The notes beneath the pieces are model-generated. The model worked only from the letters and a program-made list of their open reading frames with translations. It had not been told where the DNA came from and ran no database searches. A stretch of DNA of 64,000 nucleotides from Paraspadella gotoi (Eukaryota > Animalia > Chaetognatha). This document shows positions 26,679 to 39,727 of the stretch, piece by piece. The stretch spans positions 9,230,432 through 9,294,431 of the forward strand of contig CM119263.1 in NCBI GenBank assembly GCA_051294375.1, in the 5' to 3' direction. The position numbers and the translations under genes were made by a program. Position 1 is the first letter of the stretch; the number at the start of each line of letters is the position of its first letter.

Positions 26679-27009
26679 AAGGGAGGCCCCTAGAGTCATC
26701 GCAGAAAGAAATATATGAGCCTGGATCAAGAAAATGACTTTATTCTGCAATTTGTAAGTGACTGAAAAAGAAGTTCGAGTCTTTGTGGCGCGGGGGCGGG
26801 GATGTGACGGGGGGGAGAATGCGGAGTGGTGGGTTGGTGGGTGGAGTGGGAAGAGTTGTGAAGTAAGCGAAAGGTGGAGCGGGAAATATGTTAACTGAAA
26901 AAAGTGGGAGAGTTGGAGAGGCTGCGGATATGAACTGCAATGTGGCGTCGGGTGTGGGAGTTAAGACGCGGAGCTGAGAGAGGAAAATGAAAAGTTGGGA
27001 TTGCGGCAA

Positions 27010-27097
<88 letters not shown>

Positions 27098-27689
27098 TCT
27101 CCCTCTCCCCCAATGCCGAAAGCAATGATTCCAAAATGATTGATAACAATTTCCCTCGTACACTGAGTCAGCAAAATGGCCATTACAGGCTTTTCTATGA
27201 CCATTTGAATTTCGCATTACACGCGCGATCAATTTGATGGAAAAGAGAAATGAGGGAGAGAGAGAGATGGGACAGAGAGAGGAAGGAGAGAAGAAAGAGA
27301 GGAGAGCGAAAGAAGAAGAGAGAGGGTTGTCCCGGGTGCGTTAAGAATATTTGTATCGTATCGCATCAAGTTGCGTTTGTCGGTGAAAAAAAATTACAGT
27401 TTTATCGTTTTTTATGTCTACAAAACGTTAATCAAAAAAAATATTTTTCACTTGAAATCGGAGTTTATTTTATGGATGTTTTTATTTGAATGAAATTGGT
27501 ACAACCAATATACAAATTATCCATTCATTTAATAAATAACCTATCTTGTCCCTGATTTTGTACAAGCTTAGGTGGTTTGAGGCCTCCATCACATGTTAGA
27601 CAATAGATCGAAAGTAAGAAATATGAAAAGTCAAAAGTTGTCAAAGTTGAGGCCGAAGATTAGCAAGTAATCGAATACTACTAGGCTGC

Positions 27690-27736
<47 letters not shown>

Positions 27737-29132
27737 AGATGTCGACTATAACAAAACGGCGACGACTTCAAAACATCAAAGACGACGACGACGACGACGA
27801 CGACGACCAGAAGGACGTCAATGATGATTATGGGATTGCATAAACTATTAATGTTTAATGGGCACCATTATGGGCCGGTTTTAGCCCCGCCGTCGCCAAT
27901 GACTAGGAGCTCCCCTCTTTAAAAAGCCAATTCATCATTCGTGGCGCCGCCTTCCGTTCATCCCCAGAAAATTATGGGTGTTGCTCTTTTTTTTTCTTTG
28001 TCGGATTCTTTTTTCCTATGTATTTTTTCTTTCTGTTGCCTTCTATTTTTTTCCCTTTTTTTTTCTTTCTCTTTACTTCTACTTATTTTTCTGAAGATTT
28101 TCTTTGGCTTTTATTCTCTCGTCCTCATTTTTTTTTTTTACTTTTTAGTTATTATATGTCTCAATTTTTGTTGTTTATTAGTTAATACAGATAATTTCGA
28201 GTCTTTAACAAAAACCGGATTTTTCTCTTTCTTTCTTCCTTTATCTATTTGATATTTCTTTTATTCAGTTTTTCATTCTTTCTTATTTTCCTTCTGTTTT
28301 TCTTTCTTTTCGCTCTTTCTTTCGCTCCCCCTCTCCCTCGACGTGATGTCGCTTCCCTTTTGTCTATTCTCCCTTAATTGGCAAAAGTCAAAAGGTCGCC
28401 GACAGATGGCTCCAAGATGAGGCGGAAGGAATAAGAAAAGGAGAGCGAGAATGAAAAGATAGCGGCGTCGTCGTCGTCTTCGTCGTCGTCGTCGTCAACC
28501 TCATCATCAAGGTTGTTCTCTTCGACGTCGTCGAATGTCGTCATAACCGTCGTCGTCGTTTCCGTTTCCCGCTGCTGCAGTTGCTGCTGCTGCTGTAGCG
28601 AATTGCGGCAGGTGGAGGGTTCTTAGGTCGTATGTTTGAAGGGGTTTCGGTAGCGACGAGGAGGGTAAAATTTTTCGGGGTGGGGGTGGGGGCGACAGCG
28701 AACGAGAGTAGAAAATGATAGACAAAGAAGTTACAAAAGTAAAAAAAAAACAGCTTTGAAAATAGAGTATGTAAAAGAATGTGAAGAAATTAAAAAAGAA
28801 AGTTAAAAAAAAAAAGATTAATTAGTCGAGTTTGGGATCTGACTTTGTGAGAATATAAACATAAATCGTGTTTAATAAAATGTAAGACATTTCAAGAATG
28901 CAGGAAGAAAGTTTTTGTTAGGAAGAAAAGATAAGGAAAAGAGAAAAAGAAAAGAAAGAGAGATGGAGTGAATAGAGGAGATGAGAAGCGAGGAATTGAG
29001 AGAAAGAGGGAGAGAGGAGGGGGAAAAAGCTTAGAGGATCAGAAACAGATTTGTCATTATCATATTAATCCTGGCTGCTGCGTCTCTAAGGCGCCGCGCC
29101 GACGAGATGAAGATCGCGAATCGAAAATCAAG

Positions 29133-29194
<62 letters not shown>

Positions 29195-29865
29195 CCTCTC
29201 TCTCTCGCTCATACTTTTTACAATGTTATCTTGGAATTTTACCTAATAACCATAACCCTTCCGTTTCCATGACAACGACTTTCGCAATATCGCTGACGTC
29301 ATCATAACCTTTTTGTTCATCGAAAACGAGGCCTACCGATTTTCAATTTAGATAGACTCGTTCCATCCGACGCCGGTGACTATTTTAGGCGTCGTTATCG
29401 ATCGGTGCCATCGAGAGATGGCATCGCCGATGGCGAGATCATTCGGCTTCAAGCGGCGATGCCATTGGAAGGTGGTGATTCTGTGGTTAAAGACCTTGAT
29501 TGTATATTGATATTAAATTCATTAAATAATATATTTATAATGAGCATCCAAAAGCTCGAACACAGGGCCCCAAGTCATTCTCCTATCTGTATCTAACGAG
29601 GCTTGCTCGAATTCTAAACTGCGACATCCAACAAAACCTCTTTAATTAAGGGGAGATGAGGAAAAAATTCCCCGGCTCCCGAGGTTCGAATTAAGGGAAT
29701 GCGAAGAAGCAGTTTGAAAATTTTTTGTCTCTTTATTTTTTCTCTTATTTTGCTGTTCTCTCTCTCTCTCTCTTTTTTTTTTAAAGATCTTTTCTTTTTC
29801 CCATCCTCTTAGAACGATACTTTCTGGCGCCACTACTTTCTTCGTCGATAATTCACGTTTTTGCA

Positions 29866-29904
<39 letters not shown>

Positions 29905-31579
29905 TCTCTCCTCCTCGTCTCTCCTCTCTCTCTCTCTTTCTCTCTCCCTTTAATTTGATTTAAAAGAAGCACGTCCTATAAATCGAGCAGAGGCCTTTTA
30001 ATAACTGAGAGAATGGGGAATTTTTTTAGCGAATAAATGGGCAAGCTGTGATGAGTAAGAGTTAGCAACAGTCGCCAAAGTGTATTTTCATTGACAAGGA
30101 TTTTGATATTAACATTTAAATCACTATCGGCTAATGCAGAGTTGCTGGTGGTAAATGTAGTACATATGTTCAAAAAGTTCAACAGAAAATTTAGGAAAAA
30201 GCAAAACACATGGCGGCTAATGGAAGTAAAGCGAAACAGAGGGAAAACCAGTTTGAGCAAACAACGCCTGATCTCTCAAATGATCATTAGCAGTAAGCAG
30301 CTGATCAGATAGATAATTAAATAATTAAATAATTATTTAATTTTATTGGAAATTTTGTTATTAAATGTATACGCCCACGATCGTTAAAGGTAAGTACCTG
30401 TTGTTCGCGTAAAATTATTATCGTTAATTGACTCGCATCGAATTTTTGTTCTGGAGATCTCTACTCTAGTAAGCATATTCCGGCTAAAAAGGAGCAAAAA
30501 AAAGAAAGAGAATGAGAGAATATGAAAGGGGAAAGAAAGGTGGAGGTAAAAACGGAGTCGGGGATGTCGGGTTGGCGAAAGGGTGGGTGGTAGCCGGAAA
30601 TGGGTTGGGGGTTTCGGATAGAAAAATGATCGGGGGAACTTGGGACGCGGGGAATGGGGTTGAAGATGGGAAAGTTATTCCCTGAAAATGGGGGTTTTTC
30701 AGGGAGGGGGGGGGGGAGATGGGGCACGAGATCAATCGTTAGATAGTCTTATTATGTAACATCAAAGAGGCTTATGGGATTTTGGCTTGCGGAAGAAACA
30801 AGTTCAGACGATGGAGGTGATATAGGAAATGCAATTAATTTGGTCAAGAGTTAAGATCATTTTTTTTAAAAAGATGTAAGAATTAAAACTCGAAGTTTTG
30901 ATTAAATTATTGTTTAGTTAATTAATTTTCCAAAGTGGAAGACGCACAACTTATTTGAATAATCGTGTATTAAATTTTAATATTTTAAAAGAAGAAAATT
31001 GAAACATTTTTACGATGATGGGGCCTCCGTCGTCTGGCCCGTCTCGTCGTCGGCGCGGAAAGACCTAAAAAGCCCGAAGTGAGACGGAGCCTCGTCAGAC
31101 GAAGCGGGATGATGGCCTCTCAGGCTCCAGGCCTGGAGGGAAAGAATGGGGGGAGGGGCCGTGGGGGGGAGGAGGAGGAGGGGGAATGAGGGAAGGAAGG
31201 GGGTTAGTGGGGGAATGAGAGACAGGGAGAGAAAAAGAGACGTCGGGTGTTTGAGGAAGACGAAAGGGTTTGGAGAAACATTATAAAAAGTGGAAAACGA
31301 AGAGAGAAAACAGAGGAAAAGACAAAATGAATAGGCACAAAGAAAATTCGACAGAAAGTTTGCATGAGAGATAGTGAGACTGAGATGCTCTCAAAAATAT
31401 TAAAGGGAGAATGGGGATAATGGGGAATGAATGAAAAACTAAACATTGAGCAAGGGGTCGCAAAAAAAAAAAGGAAAAGAGGAAAAGAAAAAGGGAAAAG
31501 AAAAAGAAAATTGAGAAAAAGGTGGGGAGTCATCGTGCGAAAGGAGATTTAATTAAAGAGCTTTAAGCGAGAGTCGCGA

Positions 31580-31637
<58 letters not shown>

Positions 31638-32171
31638 ATGAGTCTGGGGCGAAGAGAAACAAATGTGATGATGAACGAGAAAGACTCAGAATTAAAGGCA
31701 ATAAAAATTGGACCATAAAACCGGCAACAATGAATCTATCTTGAAATGAAATTTGAATGACAAAACTGGCTACGCATATAAAGTCTGATTAACAAAAAAT
31801 ACTTAAGAATTCAACGGAGATTTTTAGTTTAAACTTGCAGATTAACCATCAATAATTAAAATAGAGAAAAATAGAAACCAACATCAACAACTACGACTAA
31901 AAAAAAAGTCCCTCGAAAACTTAATCTCTGCTTTCAACCGATGGGCGTGACCGAGAGGTGAGGAGCGTCTGGGAGGGTGGGATCGGGTAAGGTGCTCCGG
32001 TTGGGCGAGGTTAAAGGGTTGAAGGGGCGGAGCAGCAGGACGCGAGAGACGGGGTTGCTCGCCAGAAGAGGGCGTGGCGGTAGAAAGGGTGAGTCTCGCT
32101 CGTGATGGTCTCTCAGGCTCCAATGATTGAATTTCGTCTGATGCTCAACGATTCAAGATGGCCGTCCGGTC

Positions 32172-32293
<122 letters not shown>

Positions 32294-32862
32294 TCCCACC
32301 CCCTGCTCGTTCGTACCAACGAGGCGACACCGACGCCAGTGCCGCGCGGCGGATAAAAGATAAAACTCGATTTGATGACAAAAGACAAAAGACAATCGAC
32401 GCTTTAGCCTTTTTTATGGGAGGCGACGGTCTTTTCATATCTGGAGGGAGACATTGTATTCTTGTTATGGCGGGAGAACGAGTCTGCCATCGTCCACGGG
32501 GTCTGCCAGACAAACGATCTGGCGGTAATGTGTTGTCTTTCGATTCTACTCTCAATTTATGATTAATTTAATGTGATTAATTTAATATTCGACCCATAAT
32601 TATAGTGATATAGATTGTTATTATTTCATTACCTCTTAAAAACATCCAAAAAGATAGTTAATGTTAAGGATTAGGATAGTTATATATAAGATTTGAATGA
32701 TTGTTATTTTAAAGATTTAATTATCTCGATTTATGATTTATTCATACAAACACGCCATACTATGTACTACCAATAAAAATATACAAAATATAAATTTGTA
32801 AGAAGACTTTTTTATATCGAATAACGAGCCTAATATTTTTCCGCAACAAAAAGCATCTTGAA

Positions 32863-32900
<38 letters not shown>

Positions 32901-33127
32901 AAAACCGACGAACCGACGCCTCGAAATGAAGAGGTAAGAGACGGACTCTGCCAATTCTCGGCGGACTCGAGGGATGATAACGCAATTTGCGGCGCCAATC
33001 CCCTTTCGAATCGGCGCTGCCGGCGCCCGGCAACGGCGCCCGACCCGCGGAAGAAGATTAGGAAGGCCGCCATTGAAAACTCTGTCGGCTCGGAAATTGG
33101 AAGCGGGAATTGAGAAGAGGGAAAATC

Positions 33128-33170
<43 letters not shown>

Positions 33171-33243
33171 GGCGGCGGGCGGCGGCGGCGGCGGGCGGCG
33201 GCGGCGGCGGCGGCGTGGCAGCGGCGGTGGCAGCGGCAGCGGA
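33128..33243. repeat. (GGC)n microsatellite
   Basis: Directly visible. Confidence 0.95.
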
Positions 33244-33341
33244 GATCGAGGAAGCGGAACCGAAGCAGAGCCGCGCGAACCGAACGCGTCGCGAGAGCGA
33301 CCAGGAAAGACGGAATCAAATCGAATCAAACTCCCATTTAA

Positions 33342-33437
<96 letters not shown>

Positions 33438-33529
33438 GGACGCGTGGGATTGAGAGGAAAATCTTTTTACCCCGAAACCACATTTGCTGATTCGAGCTTT
33501 TGAGTCATAACCGAAAATAGATTAGGAGG

Positions 33530-33993
33530 GAAAAGGAGGGAGAGGGAGTGAGAGAGGGAGAAAGAGAGAGAGGGAGTGAGAGAGGGAGAAAGGGAGAGAG
33601 GGAGTGAGAGAGGGAGAAAAAGAGAAAGGAAGTGAGAGAGGGAGAAATGGAGAGAGGGAATGAGAGAGGGAGAAACGGAGAGAGGGAGAAAGAGAGAGAA
33701 GGAGTGAGAAAGGGAGAGAAGGGAGTGAAGAGGGAGAAAGGAGAGAGGGAGTGAGAGAGGGAGAAGGAGAGAGGGAGTGAGAGAGGGAGAGAGAGAGTGA
33801 GAAAGGGAGAGAGGAGAAGTGAGAGAGGGAGAGAGAGGAGTGAGAGAGGGAGAAGGGGAGAGAGGAGTGAGAGAGGAGAAAGGGAGAGAGGGAGAAAGGG
33901 AGAGAGGAAGTAAGAGAGGGAGAAACGGAGAGAGGGAGTGAGAGAGGGAGAAAGGGAGAGAGGGACAAAGCGAGGAAGGGAGGAAGGGAGGAA
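33530..33993. repeat. Purine-rich minisatellite (GAGAGGGAGTGAGAGAGGGAGAAA-like units)
   Basis: About 460 bp that is almost exclusively G/A, with a recurring GGAGTGAGAGAGGGAGA. Confidence 0.85.
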
Positions 33994-34742
33994 GTTGAAT
34001 GAAGGAATTTGTGGACAAAGAGGACAGATACAATAGCATATTCTACACTCACGTTATTGATCTAATGCTCAGAACAGCATATGATTCACCAAGGATATTA
34101 CGGGGCTATTACTCACTATTACTTCGAGATCGGCAAATAATTCCCAATTAGGTAATGCTTGTTGTGGTAAAAAGATATTCAGTCACTTTGCTTTGCCTTA
34201 GTCCTTATCTTTTAATTAAAATTTTTGGGCTCTATCAGAATCCGTTCTTAATAAAAAATTTTAAAGAATTTATTTTTTAATTTTTGGTTATTTTTTTGCT
34301 ATTATTACATATCCAAACATCAATCCATTATATTAATTTTAAAAAGTTATTGTACTTTAAAGATAAAATAATTTCATCGGGTATATTACATTATTGTAAA
34401 AAGCGCTAAATTATGCCTCCAGCACAGACTATGTCGCTTAAGCAACCCTTTTTCAAAAATGAATTTTAATCTCTCGTCGTCTCAAACGTAACTCATTCTC
34501 ATTGTCACACCGTCAAGATCGAACGGGCGTCCGGTCAACCGACGCGTCTCCCGCCGATCCTCACGCCTCGTCTCCAAATCACGTGAGAAAATCATCTAAA
34601 TATGAAAATCGTTTCAACAAACAAAAAAAACTATACAAGAAAATGAATATTAATGAACAGTAATCGATAGCATTAAAGATTTTTAGCCTCGTTATTCCAT
34701 TCAAGTTCATTCACCTCTTTCACCTCATTCACCTTCGGAGGT

Positions 34743-34782
<40 letters not shown>

Positions 34783-35003
34783 ACGACGGTGAATTTTGTA
34801 TTATCATCTTCATTCACCCGAGAATAAAAAAAAAAAATAAAAACCTGCCCGAGTGACTGAACATTTTTTGATGAAGCGACCCTCGGTTTTCCGAGAGAGA
34901 AAAGTGAAGAATAGAAAAGAAAAAAAAAGAAAAAAGGAAAAGAATAGAAAATAAAGTCACCGAAAAAAAAGAGGTCAAAATCTCCCCTAAAATTATGCGC
35001 CCC

Positions 35004-35034
<31 letters not shown>

Positions 35035-35613
35035 NNNNNNNNNNCCGACGCCGACGACCACGACCACGACCCGACGCCCGCAGTATTTCCGCTCAAAAGA
35101 ATTCTCGATCCTCGTCACTTGATGGATGAGGCAAAGATTCGAACCGGAGACGTTTTTTGTTTGATTTTTAAATGGGTTTTTAAATCGTCGTCGTTGTCGT
35201 CGTCGACGTCGTCGTCGTTGTTTCCCACAGGCCAAATTCGACGCGAGAATTGGAAGGACAAAAAAGTCACCAACGTCCGTAGGTTCTTTCAGTCGTTTTC
35301 TTCTTCGTCGTCTGGAACGCTATATATTATATTCTTGACTACTCTAGTTTTTTTTTACAAATTAAATTAGCTAATACATAGTTTGAAAACAGTTTAGAAT
35401 CAGTGAAACAGCTTTTTTTGACTTGGTTTCTTCCTCGACGTCGACTGAGGCGACGAAGTCGACAATTCCATCGGAGCTAAAGAGAAGAGAAGAGAATGGA
35501 GTCGCGAAAGAAGGAAAGATGGTGGGAGATTAGAGATAAAGAGTCAGTCGCCGTCTATTTTACATCAGAATACATTAGAATGGAGAGAGAGAGAGAAGAG
35601 AGAGAGAGAAGAG

Positions 35614-35686
<73 letters not shown>

Positions 35687-35903
35687 CGCCTTTCGTGTTG
35701 ACAGAATAAAAATTTGGGTGGATGAAGAATATTATGTCAATTTTTTTTTTGGGGGGGAGGGGAGAAAAAATAGAAAAAAATCAAGATGTCGAGAGAGATT
35801 ATCTCCAGGCAGAAATTCTCAAATCTGAATAAAATTCGTCGACAACTTTTTGACCTCGAACTTGATTAGGGATACGTATGAATGCGAGACTTACACACAC
35901 ACA

Positions 35904-35939
<36 letters not shown>

Positions 35940-37123
35940 GTCGTCTTCTTATTCAATTTTCATTACAGTTCATTCTAAGGAAAAAAAGATTTATTTTGAT
36001 GGCTGCTGAGCCCTTTGCCAATGAAAGTTGAAAAATTACTTGTTTCACTATCTTTGTTTATATTTAAAAATAACTATTATTCATGATTTTATTTATTTGT
36101 TATAATATTTTTGTGTTAAATATTTAAATATAATATTATTTATCAATTTTTGGGATGGGGACGTTAGTGTTGTCTTCCTGAAATACAAGGTTCATCTACA
36201 CAACACAAGGTTAAATTACTTTGTTTTTTTTTGGCGTAAATTTAAAAATTATTCAGTTTAAAGTAAATTTGATAGGTGGTAGCTGTGAGCTTGATCTTTT
36301 TTACGTTCATCTTGTTTATAATATTATCCCACAGAGAATGTAGCATTTTCTTAATCTTGTGATTTCCAGGTCACCCCGATCTTCCGGTTAACTATTAACC
36401 TCACAAGGAGGAATTGTAAAAAGAAGGAAAAGTAAAAAGAGTGAAAATAGAGATTAGAGAGAGTAGAGTCAATATTTACATTCACTTTAGTGAGGGAATA
36501 AAATTTTAAATCTACATTTTAGTCACAAATCTTTCCTTAATACTACTACTTTTCTCACTGCTTCCTTTTTTTTCTTTCTTTCTTTTTCATCTTCGTCAAC
36601 CCTTTCTTCCTCTCTAGTAGAGAGTCTCTACCTCTCTCTTCGACAGAAAGTCGCTTTCATCGGCGCCGAATATTTTATCCCAGAAACTGAATTTTTTTTT
36701 TTTTTTCGACAAAGGAAAAAAGAAATCTGGTTTTCGAATCCTAAAAAATCTCCCTCGATATAGTTTCGAGTTCCCCCCCCCTCCTTTCCGAGTTTTCCCG
36801 GAAGAAAGAAGGAGTTAAAATACAAAGACATCCGTATGGAGACAAAGTTAGAAGGGGCCGCTGGTTGGGGCGCTGTTTGACTTTGAGGTTGAAACTTGGT
36901 AGCGAAGAGGAAGGGGGCAGAAAAGGCCTCGCATATTCAACGGACTGGGCCTTTTGTTATGTGCTGGTGTGTCTTGTCTCTACCAGTGGCTTCGGGGTGG
37001 TGGTTAAAATGCGACCGAGGGTGACAGGCGAAAAGCTTTCTTTTTTTTTTCCTTTCGTCGGTCTCCAAGGGAAAATTCCGAGAATATGGCCGAGGAAGGC
37101 CATCGAGGCTACGAGCGTTGAAT

Positions 37124-37187
<64 letters not shown>

Positions 37188-38678
37188 TGGGAACCGCAGC
37201 GGCGTCGATGCTTTTTCTCGGCGGCCGTGACAAGCATTCCATTAAGAGGAAGAGGGGTTATTACAAGCATTTCGCGGGCGATTTATTACAAGCATCCTCG
37301 ACGAGGATTTATGCGGGGCGCTTGCGAGGCGAGGATTCGTAAAAGCCCCCATTTAGGTTCATCCAGTGGAGCAACGAGCGATTTACGGTCGTACGGCATT
37401 ACGGCATTACGGCATGACGTATTTATGATATTAAAATTATTGTTGTTGATGAGGTCATTTCACTTGGCAGACCGATATGAGAATTAAGTAAGGACTTTAA
37501 CGCATTGACACATTTCATGTATTTATAACATTATGTGTTAGATAAAAAATGATGATTTCAAAACACCACAATTGTATAATTCTATTCTTTTTTTATTCCT
37601 TTTTTTTGTTTGTTTAAACGCTGGATCAATGCAGGGCACGTAAGCGAGATAAAAGCCAAATCATAAATAGCAATGATTCTAGCGATTAAATAATAATTAA
37701 TACTTCCCCGTTCCAGGGGGAAATTTAATCACGCCGACGGCTTCAATCGAAAACTTTCGAGCTAAAAATAAAACAAAGGATCATCTCGAAGGAAATCTGG
37801 AATCTGAAATCGAGCCGTCGCGTTTCGCAGTGATTCCGTCGACGAAACGGATGGGAATCGGACAAAAGAGGTCAGGACGTGAGTCGGAAAAACAAGTGGC
37901 TTTCCCGACGGGAAATCCGGTAGAGCCACGCCCTTCTTTTTCGCGCTTGGTAAAAAAAAAAGAGGAAACGTCTCTTGAGACAGTGTCGGCGTCGACTTTG
38001 TCGCCAACCGGTCTTGTGCTTTCTCTCGGGCCGTATTGAAAAGCACTGATAATATTTTAAATAATGCAATAGTAATACCTAATTATTATTTAGCAGTTAA
38101 AATTATTTTTACTTCCAGCGAAAGAGTGTGCACTGGTTGCAGATAGATCTCGTAACATGTCATATAGATTATAAGCTTCCATGAATTCTCTATCCACTAT
38201 CGCGTTCACACTCTCTCACTCGCGCCTCGATCGCACGCTCTCCGCAACGCAGCGCCTCCCGTCGAGATTCTTCATTGAATTCATGATCAATAACGGGATC
38301 GCCGCATCTGTCTCTTCCCGCCGTTGGAGGCGGACGCCGCGGCGGTGGCTGCTGCCGCTCTGAAGATGCTCGCGCGTGAAGGCAGAGGCTGCTGCAGCGT
38401 CGAGCAGCAGCGTCGGCCCGTCTTGACCTCCCCGGCGGCAGCGAAGACCTCGAGCCTCTCAGGGGGCAAAAGCCAACGTTTTTCCGTGGCAGCGGCTGCT
38501 GGCTTTTCCCATGATTAACCGCTGGCCCCAATATGGTCGCGCGCGCCATGACCCGACCCCTCTCCGCGGCCTCTTCCTTCTTGTCGTCGCTCACGTTCGC
38601 CTCTGTCCCCCCCCTTCAACTTGGCCACCATTAACCCTCGCGTCGCGGCGCCACTTTTCTTTTCGCCGCCACCACCGC

Positions 38679-38761
38679 TGTCAAGTAAAATTAATACGTT
38701 GAAATGAAGTTGTACGTGGAGAACGTACAACTTCATTTCTACGTATTAATTTTACTTGACA
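38679..38761. repeat. 83-bp foldback palindrome (39-bp arms, 1 mismatch, 5-nt spacer)
   Basis: TGTCAAGTAAAATTAATACGTtGAAATGAAGTTGTACGT-ggaga-ACGTACAACTTCATTTCtACGTATTAATTTTACTTGACA. Confidence 0.93.
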
Positions 38762-39727
38762 TTGTTTTTTTTTTTTTTATTCTAACAAAATCGCTTCTGT
38801 GTTTGTACTTTTTTCTATTCAAATTTTATAAAATAACCACTAACCTTTTAAATATAGAACTACATGAAGCATACCAATTTTACACTTCTAATTTCTTAAA
38901 CTAATTTTTTTATTTTTTTTTTTTAATTTAATACTATGAATGAAGTGAAGTTTTGTCCTCCATTAATTTCGTCAAAAAAGTAACTCACCCAAGACCCAGT
39001 TCACCATTCACCACCCCTTATTCCTAAAAGCCTCTCCCCATCGACTTCCCGGATGAACGCCACTGATGATCATGATTGATCCTTCGGGTTTTGTCTTATG
39101 AAACCCTCTCCATGGCCTCCAGACGATGGAGGCGAAAAAAGGCGCGAACCATCGTCGCCTGCTTCGCAATTCATCTCTATCTCTCTCTCTCTCTCTCTCT
39201 CAATTTTTTTTCTCTTTCCACACATGATTCCGGATCATTGTCACTACTTTCTTAAGAACCTCTTCATTTTTTAGCTGCTTGCTGTGCATGATTATAATGA
39301 CGACGACGAAGTGAATGAAAAATGTAGCCGACCTGGTACATAATACTCATAGTAACATTTTCATCGGAAATATAAGTTTATGTTACTCTATTAAATTAAG
39401 ATATATTTTAAAAATGTTTAATAAAAATTTTTTGAAAATATTTTTTTTATAAAAATTCAAGAGCGTAAGAAGATTGGAAACAATTTGTTTTAGTCTGTCC
39501 TCTTTTGTTTTCTGAATTTTAATTGATTAAATCGAAGAAAACATCCAGATTGATGAGGACCTGAAATTAACTCAATTCATTATGATAACGCAGAACCATG
39601 TATTCGGCCGTAGACACATCCGCAATAACACTGATACTAAGTTAACCTTTTGGTTATTTTACCATGCTTGTTTGTCGATATAATCCTATTTTAAGCTTTC
39701 TTTAACCAGCTTTTCGATCGGCCAAAA

